DNA of 64,000 nt, taken from contig JBAXJI010000002.1 of NCBI GenBank assembly GCA_037137935.1, positions 12,218 to 76,217 on the forward strand, in the 5' to 3' direction. Source of the DNA: Candidatus Saccharimonadota bacterium. GTDB taxonomy: Bacteria > Patescibacteriota > Saccharimonadia > Saccharimonadales > AQU-01. The notes under the pieces were generated by a model. The model was not told the origin of the DNA, did not search any database, and saw nothing but the letters and a program-made list of their open reading frames with translations. Of this stretch, positions 16,646-25,889 are shown piece after piece (position 1 is the first letter of the stretch; each line of letters begins with the position of its first letter). The translations under genes and the position numbers were made by a program.

Positions 16646-18286
16646 ATGTGGTTACAGTTTTTTGCACAGAATGCGCACTTTGGAATTAATCTTTTCGCCT
16701 CCTTATTTTGTCTTGGAATTTGTTGGCTGTATTTCGATGCGTGGTCTAATCATCATAAATTGCAGGAATTATTAAAATGGTTAGGTTTTGCCAGCTTAGG
16801 ATTGTCGTTTCTCCTAAGTGCAACAGTTATTGAGCAATCGGTGCTTGGTAAGTCATTATTTGTAACGACCACATCTGCATTAGTTGTAGCTTTTCGTTTA
16901 GCGGGTTACCTTGCCATCATTCTGGGGCAGATTGCCGAACCTTTGCAAGTAGTTCCAAAAAACAAAGGTCTAGTTATGATTGACGAAGAAGAGGCTAAAC
17001 CTGCGAAAACCAAGGCATCCACAAAAACCAAGAAAAATCATAGTATTATGGCGGGATTAGGCCTGAGCATTAAATGGTTATCACCAGTTGCTGGTTTGAC
17101 AGTCGCGGCGTTGTACTTTAGGCGAGCAACTATTGGTCTGGAGCGTCATCTTAAACCTGTGGCCTATGCATTTTTGTTGTTTGCGCTTGCCGATACTTTG
17201 TCGCTTTCTAGCCTGCTAAGAACAAGCTCTAACCCCATTATTTTTTCTTGGGTTGCAGCATTTGGTATTATATGGTGGTTGCAGCATATAGCATTATTAG
17301 CAGGAGTGATAGTGCTTGGAATTTGGACCTGGAGTTATCTGGCACAGCGTTTCTTTAGTCAGTTATTTATGATTTTTGCAAGTATGATTGTAGTGGTGTT
17401 TTTGATAGTAAGTGTTGGCTTTACCGGTCTACTATTGAAGAGCGTCCAGTCAGAGCTAATTAAGAATCTTAAAACGGCTAGTAGCGTCTTGAACTATGCG
17501 ATTTCTTCTAAAAAAGCGGAGGCTTCATCATCGGCTGGTCAGCTGGCAGGTAATAGTGAGGTAGTAGCAGCTATAAATAGTAGCGACAGGTCCAAGTTGA
17601 AAGCCATAACAAGCACTTACTTAGTTGATAAAAAATTATCAGATGTTATCATAACAAATCAATCTGGCATGGTGCTTTTAAGAGCAAAAGATACAGAGCA
17701 GTGGGGTGATTCAATGTCGGACAACCAACTCACCAAGCGTGCACTACTCGGCCTAAACCAGTCAACAGTTACTATTAAGGAAGCGGTAACAGCACCAAGT
17801 GTTGAAGTGAGGAGTGCTGTAGCAGTCAAGGACCAGGCTGGTAATGTCGTTGGAAGTATCACCACTAGTCTCGAGCTTGGATCAGCATTTGTTGACGGAA
17901 TTAAGCAGGCTACAGGACTACAAAGTTCGATTTATAGCGGCAATAAGCTGTCTGCTACTACTTTAGTGGCTGCCGACGGTAAGACAAGAACAGTCGGTTC
18001 AAAAATCAGTAATAAATCTATTAATAAAACTGTTTTAGATAAAGGCGACGAGTATAGTGGGGCCGTAGATTTACAGCACCGTAAAATGCTCGTCAGCATA
18101 GTGCCGCTAAAAGATGTCGACAATGACACTGTTGGCATGATTGCAACTGCAATACCAGAAAGTTCGTCGCTTGCAACTGCCGGACATTCCGTTGAGGTGA
18201 CGTTTATTATGACGGCCTTACTCTTGATAGCGAGCATTTATCCAATAATATTGATAACTAGAGGACTAGTAAGGCAGATCAATTAA
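16646..18286 (+). CDS. Polytopic membrane protein with extracytoplasmic Cache-like (double PDC) sensor domain and no output domain
   Basis: About 7 N-terminal TM segments with a Lys-rich loop. A ~250-aa extracytoplasmic region has Cache-like strands (VIITNQSGMVLLRAKD, VEVRSAVAVKDQAGNVVGSITT, MLVSIVPLKDVDNDTVGMIATAIP). One final TM is followed by only about 8 residues. Confidence 0.45.
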   Translation: MWLQFFAQNAHFGINLFASLFCLGICWLYFDAWSNHHKLQELLKWLGFASLGLSFLLSATVIEQSVLGKSLFVTTTSALVVAFRLAGYLAIILGQIAEPLQVVPKNKGLVMIDEEEAKPAKTKASTKTKKNHSIMAGLGLSIKWLSPVAGLTVAALYFRRATIGLERHLKPVAYAFLLFALADTLSLSSLLRTSSNPIIFSWVAAFGIIWWLQHIALLAGVIVLGIWTWSYLAQRFFSQLFMIFASMIVVVFLIVSVGFTGLLLKSVQSELIKNLKTASSVLNYAISSKKAEASSSAGQLAGNSEVVAAINSSDRSKLKAITSTYLVDKKLSDVIITNQSGMVLLRAKDTEQWGDSMSDNQLTKRALLGLNQSTVTIKEAVTAPSVEVRSAVAVKDQAGNVVGSITTSLELGSAFVDGIKQATGLQSSIYSGNKLSATTLVAADGKTRTVGSKISNKSINKTVLDKGDEYSGAVDLQHRKMLVSIVPLKDVDNDTVGMIATAIPESSSLATAGHSVEVTFIMTALLLIASIYPIILITRGLVRQIN

Positions 18287-19470
18287 TGACTGAGTATTTT
18301 CGTCATAAAACCAAGGGTATTCAGATCAAACTTTTTATATTCTTTTTGGTGAGCTTCTTTATCCTAGTTCTGTCGCTTATTTATATGTCAGCCAGGAGTA
18401 AACAACAAGTTCTAAGCCTTTATGAGAATAGGATACAAGACGAAAAAAATGTAGTCGATAATAATATGAGCGATATGACTAGGCTTTCTAAGGCGCTATC
18501 TGCTGATTATTCGCAGTGGGATGACATGAATAATTACTTGAAGGGTCGGATGCCGAATTTCCCTGCAGATAATATAAACGAAGCAACTCTTAGTACCTTT
18601 GAGTCAACGGGTATGTGGATTTTTCGTAACGATGGCAAGCTAGTTTACAAAATTAATACGTCAGAATCAGACGAAGGCATCGTAGACTTCACGCCTTACC
18701 AAGCCGGTATCAACAGTATTCTTGCTAAGGATCATTATGTTAATTTTTCTGTGCAAACAAAAACAGGAGCAATGGAGATATTTGGTTATTCGATTGTAAA
18801 AACTGACGATCCGAAGCACCTTGGAGTTTCAGCTGGGTATCTGTTAGTAGGAAAATTGATTACCGACGATACTTTGGCCCCAATGTCTGGAAGTGAGTTC
18901 CAGCAGGTTAAAATGTTATTACCGAATCAGATAAATGATTATCCTAAATCTTATCCTCAGCAAAAAGGTCAACTAATAGTCACAAAAGATTATAAGGACG
19001 TAGCAGGCAAAACTATTGGCACTCTGTATGTTAATGTTAAGGACGATTCCTTGCCAATGATTTACCGGTCCGGTATAGAAATATTGATAATCACATTAGC
19101 CACTTACGCATCGTTGTTTATTGGTGTATTGCTGGTTGTTTGGATATGGATAGTACGACCAATCAACAAGATATACAAGAGCCTAGAGCATCAAGATGTA
19201 AAGCATCTAAAATCCCTAGTCAAAAAGGATAACGAGTTCGGTCAAATAGCTAGGTTGATAACGGATTTCTTTAGCCAAGAAAACCAGCTAGAAAAAGATA
19301 TGCATGATAACACCAGACTACTAGACGAACTTTCGGCAAATAAAACGGAGATAGAACACACCAATAATGTCATGCTTGGGCGTGAGCTTAAAATGATTGA
19401 TCTAAAGAAAGAGATTGACGAGTTAAAGGCGCAGCTGAGTCATAAAAAAGGTAAAAAAGATGACAAATGA
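18286..19470 (+). CDS. Membrane protein with CHASE4-like sensor, HAMP-like linker and coiled coil, no kinase domain
   Basis: The start overlaps the upstream stop by 1 nt. Architecture is TM, then the CHASE4 hallmark ADYSQWDDMNNYL, a second TM, then a HAMP-like segment (VRPINKIYKSL...NEFGQIARLITDF) and a coiled coil (MLGRELKMIDLKKEIDELKAQL). Confidence 0.45.
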   Translation: MTEYFRHKTKGIQIKLFIFFLVSFFILVLSLIYMSARSKQQVLSLYENRIQDEKNVVDNNMSDMTRLSKALSADYSQWDDMNNYLKGRMPNFPADNINEATLSTFESTGMWIFRNDGKLVYKINTSESDEGIVDFTPYQAGINSILAKDHYVNFSVQTKTGAMEIFGYSIVKTDDPKHLGVSAGYLLVGKLITDDTLAPMSGSEFQQVKMLLPNQINDYPKSYPQQKGQLIVTKDYKDVAGKTIGTLYVNVKDDSLPMIYRSGIEILIITLATYASLFIGVLLVVWIWIVRPINKIYKSLEHQDVKHLKSLVKKDNEFGQIARLITDFFSQENQLEKDMHDNTRLLDELSANKTEIEHTNNVMLGRELKMIDLKKEIDELKAQLSHKKGKKDDK

Positions 19471-21358
19471 TGTCGTTAAAGACGATCATCTGCGACAAAA
19501 CGTTGACTTCATCCAGCCGACTATTGACCTGCAAGCGAGAGCCAGGGAGACATTTTTAAAATCCGGAATAAAGTTAAGTCTTTTTCCTCTAGTATTGTTT
19601 TTTATATTAGACTACAGATCTCAGTATTATTTGGCGGCTTTAGCTGACGGTTTAATTACTTCAGTATTTATTGCTGTTTTGATTGCCAGTTATCGAGTCA
19701 AAGACTACAGCGGCTTATATAATATTGTGATAGGCGTTATGGTGACAAGCGTGTCCATGCGGTTTTATTCGCCAACTGCCAATAGATCGGTATTTATCAT
19801 GCCTGTTATTGCATTAGCCGCCTATCTTCTACTTTCTAGAGTTGGTGGTGTGGCTTGGTCTATTATGATGTGTGGAATTGCTTTCGTAGAGGTCATTCTT
19901 GATAAGTATGGATTTTTTCAAATGTCGACGGATTATCAGTTTGTGTTATATGGAATAATGGGCACAGCAATATTATCGGCGTTACTTTTTATTTACGAAG
20001 GCATGAGCTTGAGTGTTGAGAATCAGGCCATTGGTGAGGCGGGTCAGCTAGTGGTTGCGAATAGAAGGCTTGACCAGCAAGTAAACAGAAATAGCCACGC
20101 GTCAGAGGAGTTGAAGCTAGCCTTAGAAGAGTCACAAGCTAGCAATAAGAAGCTAGTAGATACAAAGCGAGCAATTATGAATATCCTGGAAGACTCCAAG
20201 TCTCTGCAGGCACAGTTGAAGGCAGAAAAGGCTGGTGTAGAAAAAATAGTTGAAGTTCGTACGGAAGAGTTATTTAGGGAGCAGACCAGACTTCGGGCAT
20301 CAATCAACAGCTTAGATAGTGGGTATCTAATGACTCTAGAGAATGATCAGACCGCAATATATAACCCAGCACTTATTGAGTTATTGGACCTTGGAGATTC
20401 GGTTCCTGGTCTGAAAAATGTCAAATCTAGTGAAATTGTTAAATTAATTCAAACTAAATTGGGGGACTCTTTTGACATTGTTGGTGCTCTAAAAGATAGC
20501 ATTAAAAACAAAAGTCCTTTCTCTGCAGTAAACATCGCCTATAGCAAAAAGTTTATTAATATATTTGCCTCACCGATAATTCTAAAGGGTGAAGAAGATG
20601 TTATTGGTAGTGTGATTATGATTTACGACACGACAGAAGCGATGCTCCTCGAAAGGTCTAAGGATGAGTTTATATCAATTGCATCACACGAACTCAGAAC
20701 GCCCCTTACAGTCATTCGTGGTAATGCCAGCATGTTGACGTCAATTTATGGCGACCAGCTGCCTGAGGGTGACATAAAGGATATGATCACTGACATAAAG
20801 GATTCAAGTATTCGACTAATTGGTATCGTAAACCAGTTTTTGAGCACTTCCAGGCTTGAACAGAAAAGAACTATATTTGACATTAAGCCTACAGATATAG
20901 CTATAACTATTTCATCTGCAGCTAAGGCATTAAAAGTATTGGCTGACGAAAAGAAGCTTGATTTAAAGATTCATATACCGAAAGATTTACCGCAAGTATA
21001 TACAGATGAGTCGCGCACGCAGGAGGTAGTGGTCAACATTGTAGGTAACGCCATAAAATACACCAAAAAAGGCTCAGTTACAGTAACAGCCCATGTTATT
21101 AAAGGATATGTTGAAGTAGATGTTGCAGACACTGGCATCGGTATAGATGAGGAAAATATTAAGTTACTATTCAATAAGTTCCAGCAGAGTACTTCTAATA
21201 TTTTAACCAGAGACGATAGCCAGAGCACTGGACTTGGACTATATATAACTAAACTGATTATTGAACAGATGGGTGGTCGTATTTACCTCAAGGAATCAAC
21301 CCCTGGCAAGGGATCGGTCTTTACTTTTGCGCTCCCAACTGAGAAAATTAAGCTATAA
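19460..21358 (+). CDS. Sensor histidine kinase with polytopic N-terminal membrane domain
   Basis: Overlaps the upstream gene by 11 nt. It has 5-6 TM segments, a coiled coil and a PAS-like segment. Kinase boxes are the H-box SIASHELRTPL, N-box VVNIVGNAIKYT, G1 DTGIGI and G2 GLGLYI. Confidence 0.85.
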   Translation: MTNDVVKDDHLRQNVDFIQPTIDLQARARETFLKSGIKLSLFPLVLFFILDYRSQYYLAALADGLITSVFIAVLIASYRVKDYSGLYNIVIGVMVTSVSMRFYSPTANRSVFIMPVIALAAYLLLSRVGGVAWSIMMCGIAFVEVILDKYGFFQMSTDYQFVLYGIMGTAILSALLFIYEGMSLSVENQAIGEAGQLVVANRRLDQQVNRNSHASEELKLALEESQASNKKLVDTKRAIMNILEDSKSLQAQLKAEKAGVEKIVEVRTEELFREQTRLRASINSLDSGYLMTLENDQTAIYNPALIELLDLGDSVPGLKNVKSSEIVKLIQTKLGDSFDIVGALKDSIKNKSPFSAVNIAYSKKFINIFASPIILKGEEDVIGSVIMIYDTTEAMLLERSKDEFISIASHELRTPLTVIRGNASMLTSIYGDQLPEGDIKDMITDIKDSSIRLIGIVNQFLSTSRLEQKRTIFDIKPTDIAITISSAAKALKVLADEKKLDLKIHIPKDLPQVYTDESRTQEVVVNIVGNAIKYTKKGSVTVTAHVIKGYVEVDVADTGIGIDEENIKLLFNKFQQSTSNILTRDDSQSTGLGLYITKLIIEQMGGRIYLKESTPGKGSVFTFALPTEKIKL

Positions 21359-21395
21359 CATTTTGAGTATAAAGATAACTAATTAAAGAGGCTAT

Positions 21396-21800
21396 ATGGC
21401 AATAAAAGTATTACTAATAGAGGACGACCAGCTTATACAAAGAATGTACGAGAAGATGTTCCAATTTGCTAAATTTGATGTCACTCTGGCTAGCGATGGA
21501 GCTGAAGGTCTAGATAAAGTAAGGGCTATGGATCCGAAGCCAGCTATTATACTGCTTGATGTCATGATGCCAAAAATGAATGGTATGGAAGTATTAGATA
21601 AGTTAAAGCTTGATGCTGAACTAAAGAATATTCCAGTAATAATGTTATCTAATTTGGCGGGCGAAAACGATGTCGAGACGGCCTTGTCGAAGGGCGCAGT
21701 TAAATACATTATTAAGAGTGAACACGAACCAAAAGAAATTGCCGACATGGTTAAACAGATTGTTGCTGGCTACACCCGTGACGACATTCCTACCGTCTAG
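21396..21800 (+). CDS. Single-domain (receiver-only) response regulator
   Basis: CheY-like REC domain (VLLIEDD, ILLDVMMPKMNGMEVL, conserved Lys in KYIIK). No output domain in its 134 aa. Confidence 0.85.
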   Translation: MAIKVLLIEDDQLIQRMYEKMFQFAKFDVTLASDGAEGLDKVRAMDPKPAIILLDVMMPKMNGMEVLDKLKLDAELKNIPVIMLSNLAGENDVETALSKGAVKYIIKSEHEPKEIADMVKQIVAGYTRDDIPTV

Positions 21801-21830
21801 ATAACTCTACGAAAAGTTTTGAGAGCTAGT

Positions 21831-23159
21831 TTATTTATGTTTTTTGCTCACTAAGTCAATTATTAGAGCGGCTGTCCAGCTGAAGTTTTTGGCTCCAGAA
21901 GGCGATCCATCAATTGGAGAAAAATACTCGCTCATACCAGATGCGCGCACCAAGTCGATGCAAGATTTTGTTAGTGATTTCGCTTCATCCGTAAAGCCAT
22001 ATTTGTGCAGACCCTCAATTATCAGCCAGTTAGTATTGATCCAGGTTGGGCCCTGCCAGTAACCGTGGGATTTGAACCATGGTGAATCAAGAGGAACGCT
22101 TGGTACAGGAAAGGGAGCGCTAAAAGTTTGATTATCTTTAAGTAAACCGACAATTTGTTCGGATCTTTCTTTACTTATAGCTCCAGAATAAAGTGGCATG
22201 AGGGCGGCTATAGTTGGTATATGGATAAGTTTATGAGTCACGAAATTACGGGAGAAGTACTGGCCAGAATAGGCATCCCATAGCTGATCTAGCGCTAACT
22301 CGGATCTTTTCATATTCTCTACAAGTAGGTTCGGTAGGTCTTTTTTAATAACTTTAGCGATGTCTTGCAGATGTGAATTGGCGCGAATAAATATCGAGTT
22401 AAACGTCAGATCTTCAATTGCAAAAAGAGAGTGTTTAAGAATGTTATTGATATCATAACTTTTTCTACGAAGTCTTCTTTGGACAAGATAAAGTGCCAGC
22501 CCTTCAAATGTTGATAATCTTTCGCCCGGCTGACTCAGTCGATAATCTCTTCGCAGAATTCTGGCTAATATTTGTACAGGTTTATGCTTTGCTAGCCCGA
22601 CTAAAGGCGACATCTCATGTTCTTGTAGTTCTGCCATCCAAGGCGGAGTATTGTCTAGGCCTGTTTCCCACGGATGAATCTGTAGGGTAAGGCCTTCGTT
22701 GTGTGGGTCTCTTTCGTCATACAACCAACTGTGATAAGCGACAATTGCCGGATAGACCGTTTGGTACCAAGTACGGCGTTCGCTGAGTGACAATTGTTTG
22801 CCTATTTTAACTACTGCTTCTGCTATTAAGGGCGGCTGAGTGATTCCGCTAGTTGACACTTTGTCTGGCGCGAAAGGGCTTATAGAGCTTCGCCACATAT
22901 TGACGTCGCGACCGTGTTTGTCGCCTTCAGAAAATATCATGTGCGGTAACATGCCGTTGGCCCACTGACCCCTAAGAAGGCTTAGAATTTCCTTTTTGGA
23001 TCGCTCAATATCGTAATGACTGAGTCCAATTGCGGTAAAGCAGCTATCCCAGAGCCATTGATGTGAGTAGAGGCCTTCTGCCGGGACGGTGTAATCGCCA
23101 TTTTGATTAACTTCTAATACAGCTTTGGCTTCGTTTAATAGTTCGTCGTGCTCGTTCAT
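21831..23159 (-). CDS. GH63-like (alpha/alpha)6 glycoside hydrolase (MGH1 / glucosylglycerate-hydrolase-like)
   Basis: 442 aa. Motifs HQWLWDSCFTAIG, WETGLDNTPPW and GYWQGPTWINTNWL fit cytosolic GH63/GH37-type glucosidases. Exact specificity is unknown. Confidence 0.55.
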   Translation of the reverse strand: MNEHDELLNEAKAVLEVNQNGDYTVPAEGLYSHQWLWDSCFTAIGLSHYDIERSKKEILSLLRGQWANGMLPHMIFSEGDKHGRDVNMWRSSISPFAPDKVSTSGITQPPLIAEAVVKIGKQLSLSERRTWYQTVYPAIVAYHSWLYDERDPHNEGLTLQIHPWETGLDNTPPWMAELQEHEMSPLVGLAKHKPVQILARILRRDYRLSQPGERLSTFEGLALYLVQRRLRRKSYDINNILKHSLFAIEDLTFNSIFIRANSHLQDIAKVIKKDLPNLLVENMKRSELALDQLWDAYSGQYFSRNFVTHKLIHIPTIAALMPLYSGAISKERSEQIVGLLKDNQTFSAPFPVPSVPLDSPWFKSHGYWQGPTWINTNWLIIEGLHKYGFTDEAKSLTKSCIDLVRASGMSEYFSPIDGSPSGAKNFSWTAALIIDLVSKKHK

Positions 23160-23202
23160 ACCCTTACAGTATATCTTAAGGGTAGATAAAACTTATGCTT
23201 AG

Positions 23203-23700
23203 TTATCGGTAATTCGTAAAGTTAACCGGAAAGTCGAAGTCTTGAGCTCTAATTAAATCCATGACAGTTTGCAAGTCATCCTTGCTGTTGCTCATAATTC
23301 GCACTTCGTCGCCCTGAATTTGAGTCTTAACTTTTGGCATGTTGTCTCTTACTAGGGCGGTGATCTTTTTGGCCTTTTCTTGATCTAGGCCTTTTTTGAA
23401 AGGTACTTCTTTGGTGGTCTTAAGGTTGGTTATAATAGATTCTTTGGTGACGTCGAGTACTTTTTGGCTTTGGTTACGGGCAGAAAGTTTTTTGCGAATA
23501 ATGTCTATAATGGAATCGATTTGCCAATCGCCGCTACCAGTTATTTTAAGTCCAGTTTTGTCTGCGTTTAGCCACTCCAAAAGAGCCGGCGTCCCCTTGA
23601 AGTCATAGCGACTATCAATTTCGCGCTGAGTTTGGTCGAAAACATTATTCATTTCCGACTTGTCATAATCACTAACTACGTCAAAACTAAAATTCGCCAT
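23203..23700 (-). CDS. yajQ: YajQ-family nucleotide-binding protein (UPF0234)
   Basis: MANFSFDVVSDYDKSEMNNVFDQTQREIDSRYDFKG and the 165-aa length are characteristic of YajQ. Confidence 0.85.
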   Translation of the reverse strand: MANFSFDVVSDYDKSEMNNVFDQTQREIDSRYDFKGTPALLEWLNADKTGLKITGSGDWQIDSIIDIIRKKLSARNQSQKVLDVTKESIITNLKTTKEVPFKKGLDQEKAKKITALVRDNMPKVKTQIQGDEVRIMSNSKDDLQTVMDLIRAQDFDFPVNFTNYR

Positions 23701-23746
23701 AACAACAAGTATACGAGTAGTGACGGAAGATTGTCCATAGATTAGA

Positions 23747-24763
23747 TCAAGGAGCTAAAGAAAAGTATGTCTTGAGGGCTCGGTTGCCTAAGTTCGACAA
23801 AATACTTGGCTTTTTGTGATACTCAGGATGTTGATATTCAGAGTCGCCGCTTATAGCCAAACGAGCTGCGTTTTGACCAACTACACGGCCAGTCTTTAGG
23901 ACTAGCTCATTGGTGGTAAGCACTCCTGGTAGGGGAGCGTCGCGGGCAGGATATATTGTTTGTACGTTCGGTCGTGATTCGGAGTTTATGCTGGCAGCCT
24001 GTTTGTGGGCAAAATCACGGAATTTATCCAGGTTATCTGGCCCATATCTTTTGAGCCATTTTCCTACATAAGTCGTAAAAGGCGCGTCTACTGACCATAA
24101 TTTCTTGGGGGCATTTGTGACATTTAAAACTTCCGTCGCTCCATTATTAAGTGATATGTCTTGAGTTTGCTGCCAAGAAAGTCCACCGTCCGCCCATATA
24201 TTATCTTCTTCGTCGGCTACCGGCCGCCCTGCCTCTCTAGGCAAATGTAATCCTCGCATAAACCAAGTTATCATTTTCTCGGCTGGCTCAGATTTGGAGG
24301 AGACAGACTTGGCTTTAAAGTTGACTACATCTGTTACGCCAAACCTTAGTTCCTGGGGGTTAGATATTAAAGATTCTATATCTAATGGCGTATCGCGGCG
24401 GATAAGGTTATCAAGAACTGGTAAGTCAACGATAGGTTGTCGTTTAAGCTTCCGTTTGTAATTTATAAAGTCGCGCCTAGGCAATTCTTCTTCAAAAGCA
24501 ACACGAGTGAGTTCGATTTGGTTTGTCATTGCCGATGCCGCTACTAGTGCCCCACCAGAAATACCCGACACTTGGTCGGCCATATCAAAAAGACCTTCTG
24601 ATTTTAGTACGTCGGCCATTCCAAGGCCAACTACGCAGGCCATGCCACCCCCATCTACTGCAATAGCTATGTTGTGACCGTCTTTGTCTGAACCAGGCTT
24701 ATAACCGTCGTTTCGGCGATTAATCAGAATTTCTAATGGTGATGATTCGACTGAGTTTTTCAT
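23747..24763 (-). CDS. Patatin-like phospholipase
   Basis: It has a DGGGMACV oxyanion-hole motif, the GISGG nucleophile elbow (GxSxG) and a downstream ADGG catalytic Asp motif. Confidence 0.7.
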   Translation of the reverse strand: MKNSVESSPLEILINRRNDGYKPGSDKDGHNIAIAVDGGGMACVVGLGMADVLKSEGLFDMADQVSGISGGALVAASAMTNQIELTRVAFEEELPRRDFINYKRKLKRQPIVDLPVLDNLIRRDTPLDIESLISNPQELRFGVTDVVNFKAKSVSSKSEPAEKMITWFMRGLHLPREAGRPVADEEDNIWADGGLSWQQTQDISLNNGATEVLNVTNAPKKLWSVDAPFTTYVGKWLKRYGPDNLDKFRDFAHKQAASINSESRPNVQTIYPARDAPLPGVLTTNELVLKTGRVVGQNAARLAISGDSEYQHPEYHKKPSILSNLGNRALKTYFSLAP

Positions 24764-24842
24764 ATAGATTAGGCTATAAAATCAAAAACGTATTCGTCAA
24801 GGGTGACCTAATATACGTTTAATTGTATACTTAAGAGTAATT

Positions 24843-25889
24843 ATGACATATCAAAATGCCGAGATAGCAAAAATTGCCGAGGTTCTTAAATCAAGAATCG
24901 TGGAAGGCGCCTCATTACTTCGCTCACCAGAGCTAAAAAGTCTGTTTGACGCCATTAAAACTATTGATCCGTCAGAGCGCAGCGCATATGGACAAGAGAT
25001 AAATAAGCTTAAAGTAGAGCTGCAGGATTTAATTGATGCTTCCGAAGACTCTCAGCTTGCGACGCAAAGCCCGATTGATGTAACTGCTCCTTTTGATATA
25101 AACACCCCTAAATCAAAGCGACCACAATTATTGCCGGTTGAGCAAGGAAGCGTCCATCCTCTTATGACTGAGCTCGAATTAGTTCTCGGTATTTTTAATA
25201 GAATGGGCTTTACAGCAGTTGAATCGCGTCAAATTGACGACGATTACCATATGTTTGAGAGCTTGAACTTCCCTGAAGATCATCCAGCAAGAGATGATTA
25301 TGATACTTTTATGACAGTCGAAAAAGATAAAAATGGTAAACAGTTTATAGCACCAGCCCATACCAGCAATATGCAAAACAGAGTACTCAGAGACAACAAG
25401 GCTAATCTAGAGAATGGCGAACCTATTGCAGTGTTGCTGCCAGGAAGAGTTTATCGGAACGAAGATTTAGACGCGCGACATGAGCACACCTTTCATCAAT
25501 TTGAGGGCGTATACGTCGACAAAGGTATCCATGCCGGTAATTTATTGGCTACCTTTAAGACTTTTCTATCTGAGTATTATCAGCAAGATGTTGAGATTAA
25601 GAGCCAGCCGTTCTATTTTCCGTTTACCGAGCCGAGTTTTGAGCTAGCGCTTAGTTGTCCGTTTTGCCAAAAGCAGGGGTGCAGTATTTGTAGTCATACC
25701 GGTTGGATCGAGTTACTAGGCATGGGTATGGTTCATCCTAACGTCTTAAAAGAGGCCGGCATAGATCCTTTAGTTTATACGGGTTTTGCTTGGGGTTGTG
25801 GCTTGGAGAGACTTGTCATGTTGAAGTACGGTATTGAGGATATTAGGCATTTTGAGTCAGCAAAAATAGAATTTTTGAGGCAATTTTAA
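24843..25889 (+). CDS. pheS: Phenylalanine--tRNA ligase alpha subunit
   Basis: Class II aaRS motifs are present (HPARDDYDTF, FHQFEG, GFAWGCGLERL), with the Cys cluster CPFCQKQGCSICSHTGW. Confidence 0.95.
   Translation: MTYQNAEIAKIAEVLKSRIVEGASLLRSPELKSLFDAIKTIDPSERSAYGQEINKLKVELQDLIDASEDSQLATQSPIDVTAPFDINTPKSKRPQLLPVEQGSVHPLMTELELVLGIFNRMGFTAVESRQIDDDYHMFESLNFPEDHPARDDYDTFMTVEKDKNGKQFIAPAHTSNMQNRVLRDNKANLENGEPIAVLLPGRVYRNEDLDARHEHTFHQFEGVYVDKGIHAGNLLATFKTFLSEYYQQDVEIKSQPFYFPFTEPSFELALSCPFCQKQGCSICSHTGWIELLGMGMVHPNVLKEAGIDPLVYTGFAWGCGLERLVMLKYGIEDIRHFESAKIEFLRQF

Noticed and set aside
18286-21358. CHASE4-like/HAMP gene and the kinase gene as one frameshifted (pseudogenised) sensor kinase
   Set aside because: The kinase ORF has its own start, a basic N-terminus and a complete 5-6 TM domain. 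The 11-nt overlap resembles the other coupling overlaps in this genome. Read-level verification is still advisable.
23160-23202. CCCTTA...TAAGGG inverted repeat between yajQ and the GH63-like gene as a terminator
   Set aside because: The stem is only 6 bp and AT-leaning, with a 10-nt loop and no T-tract on the transcribed strand. This is not distinguishable from chance.
24764-24842. T-box leader upstream of pheS-pheT
   Set aside because: The intergenic region is only 79 nt. That is too short for a T-box (about 200 nt or more), and I see no specifier or antiterminator features.
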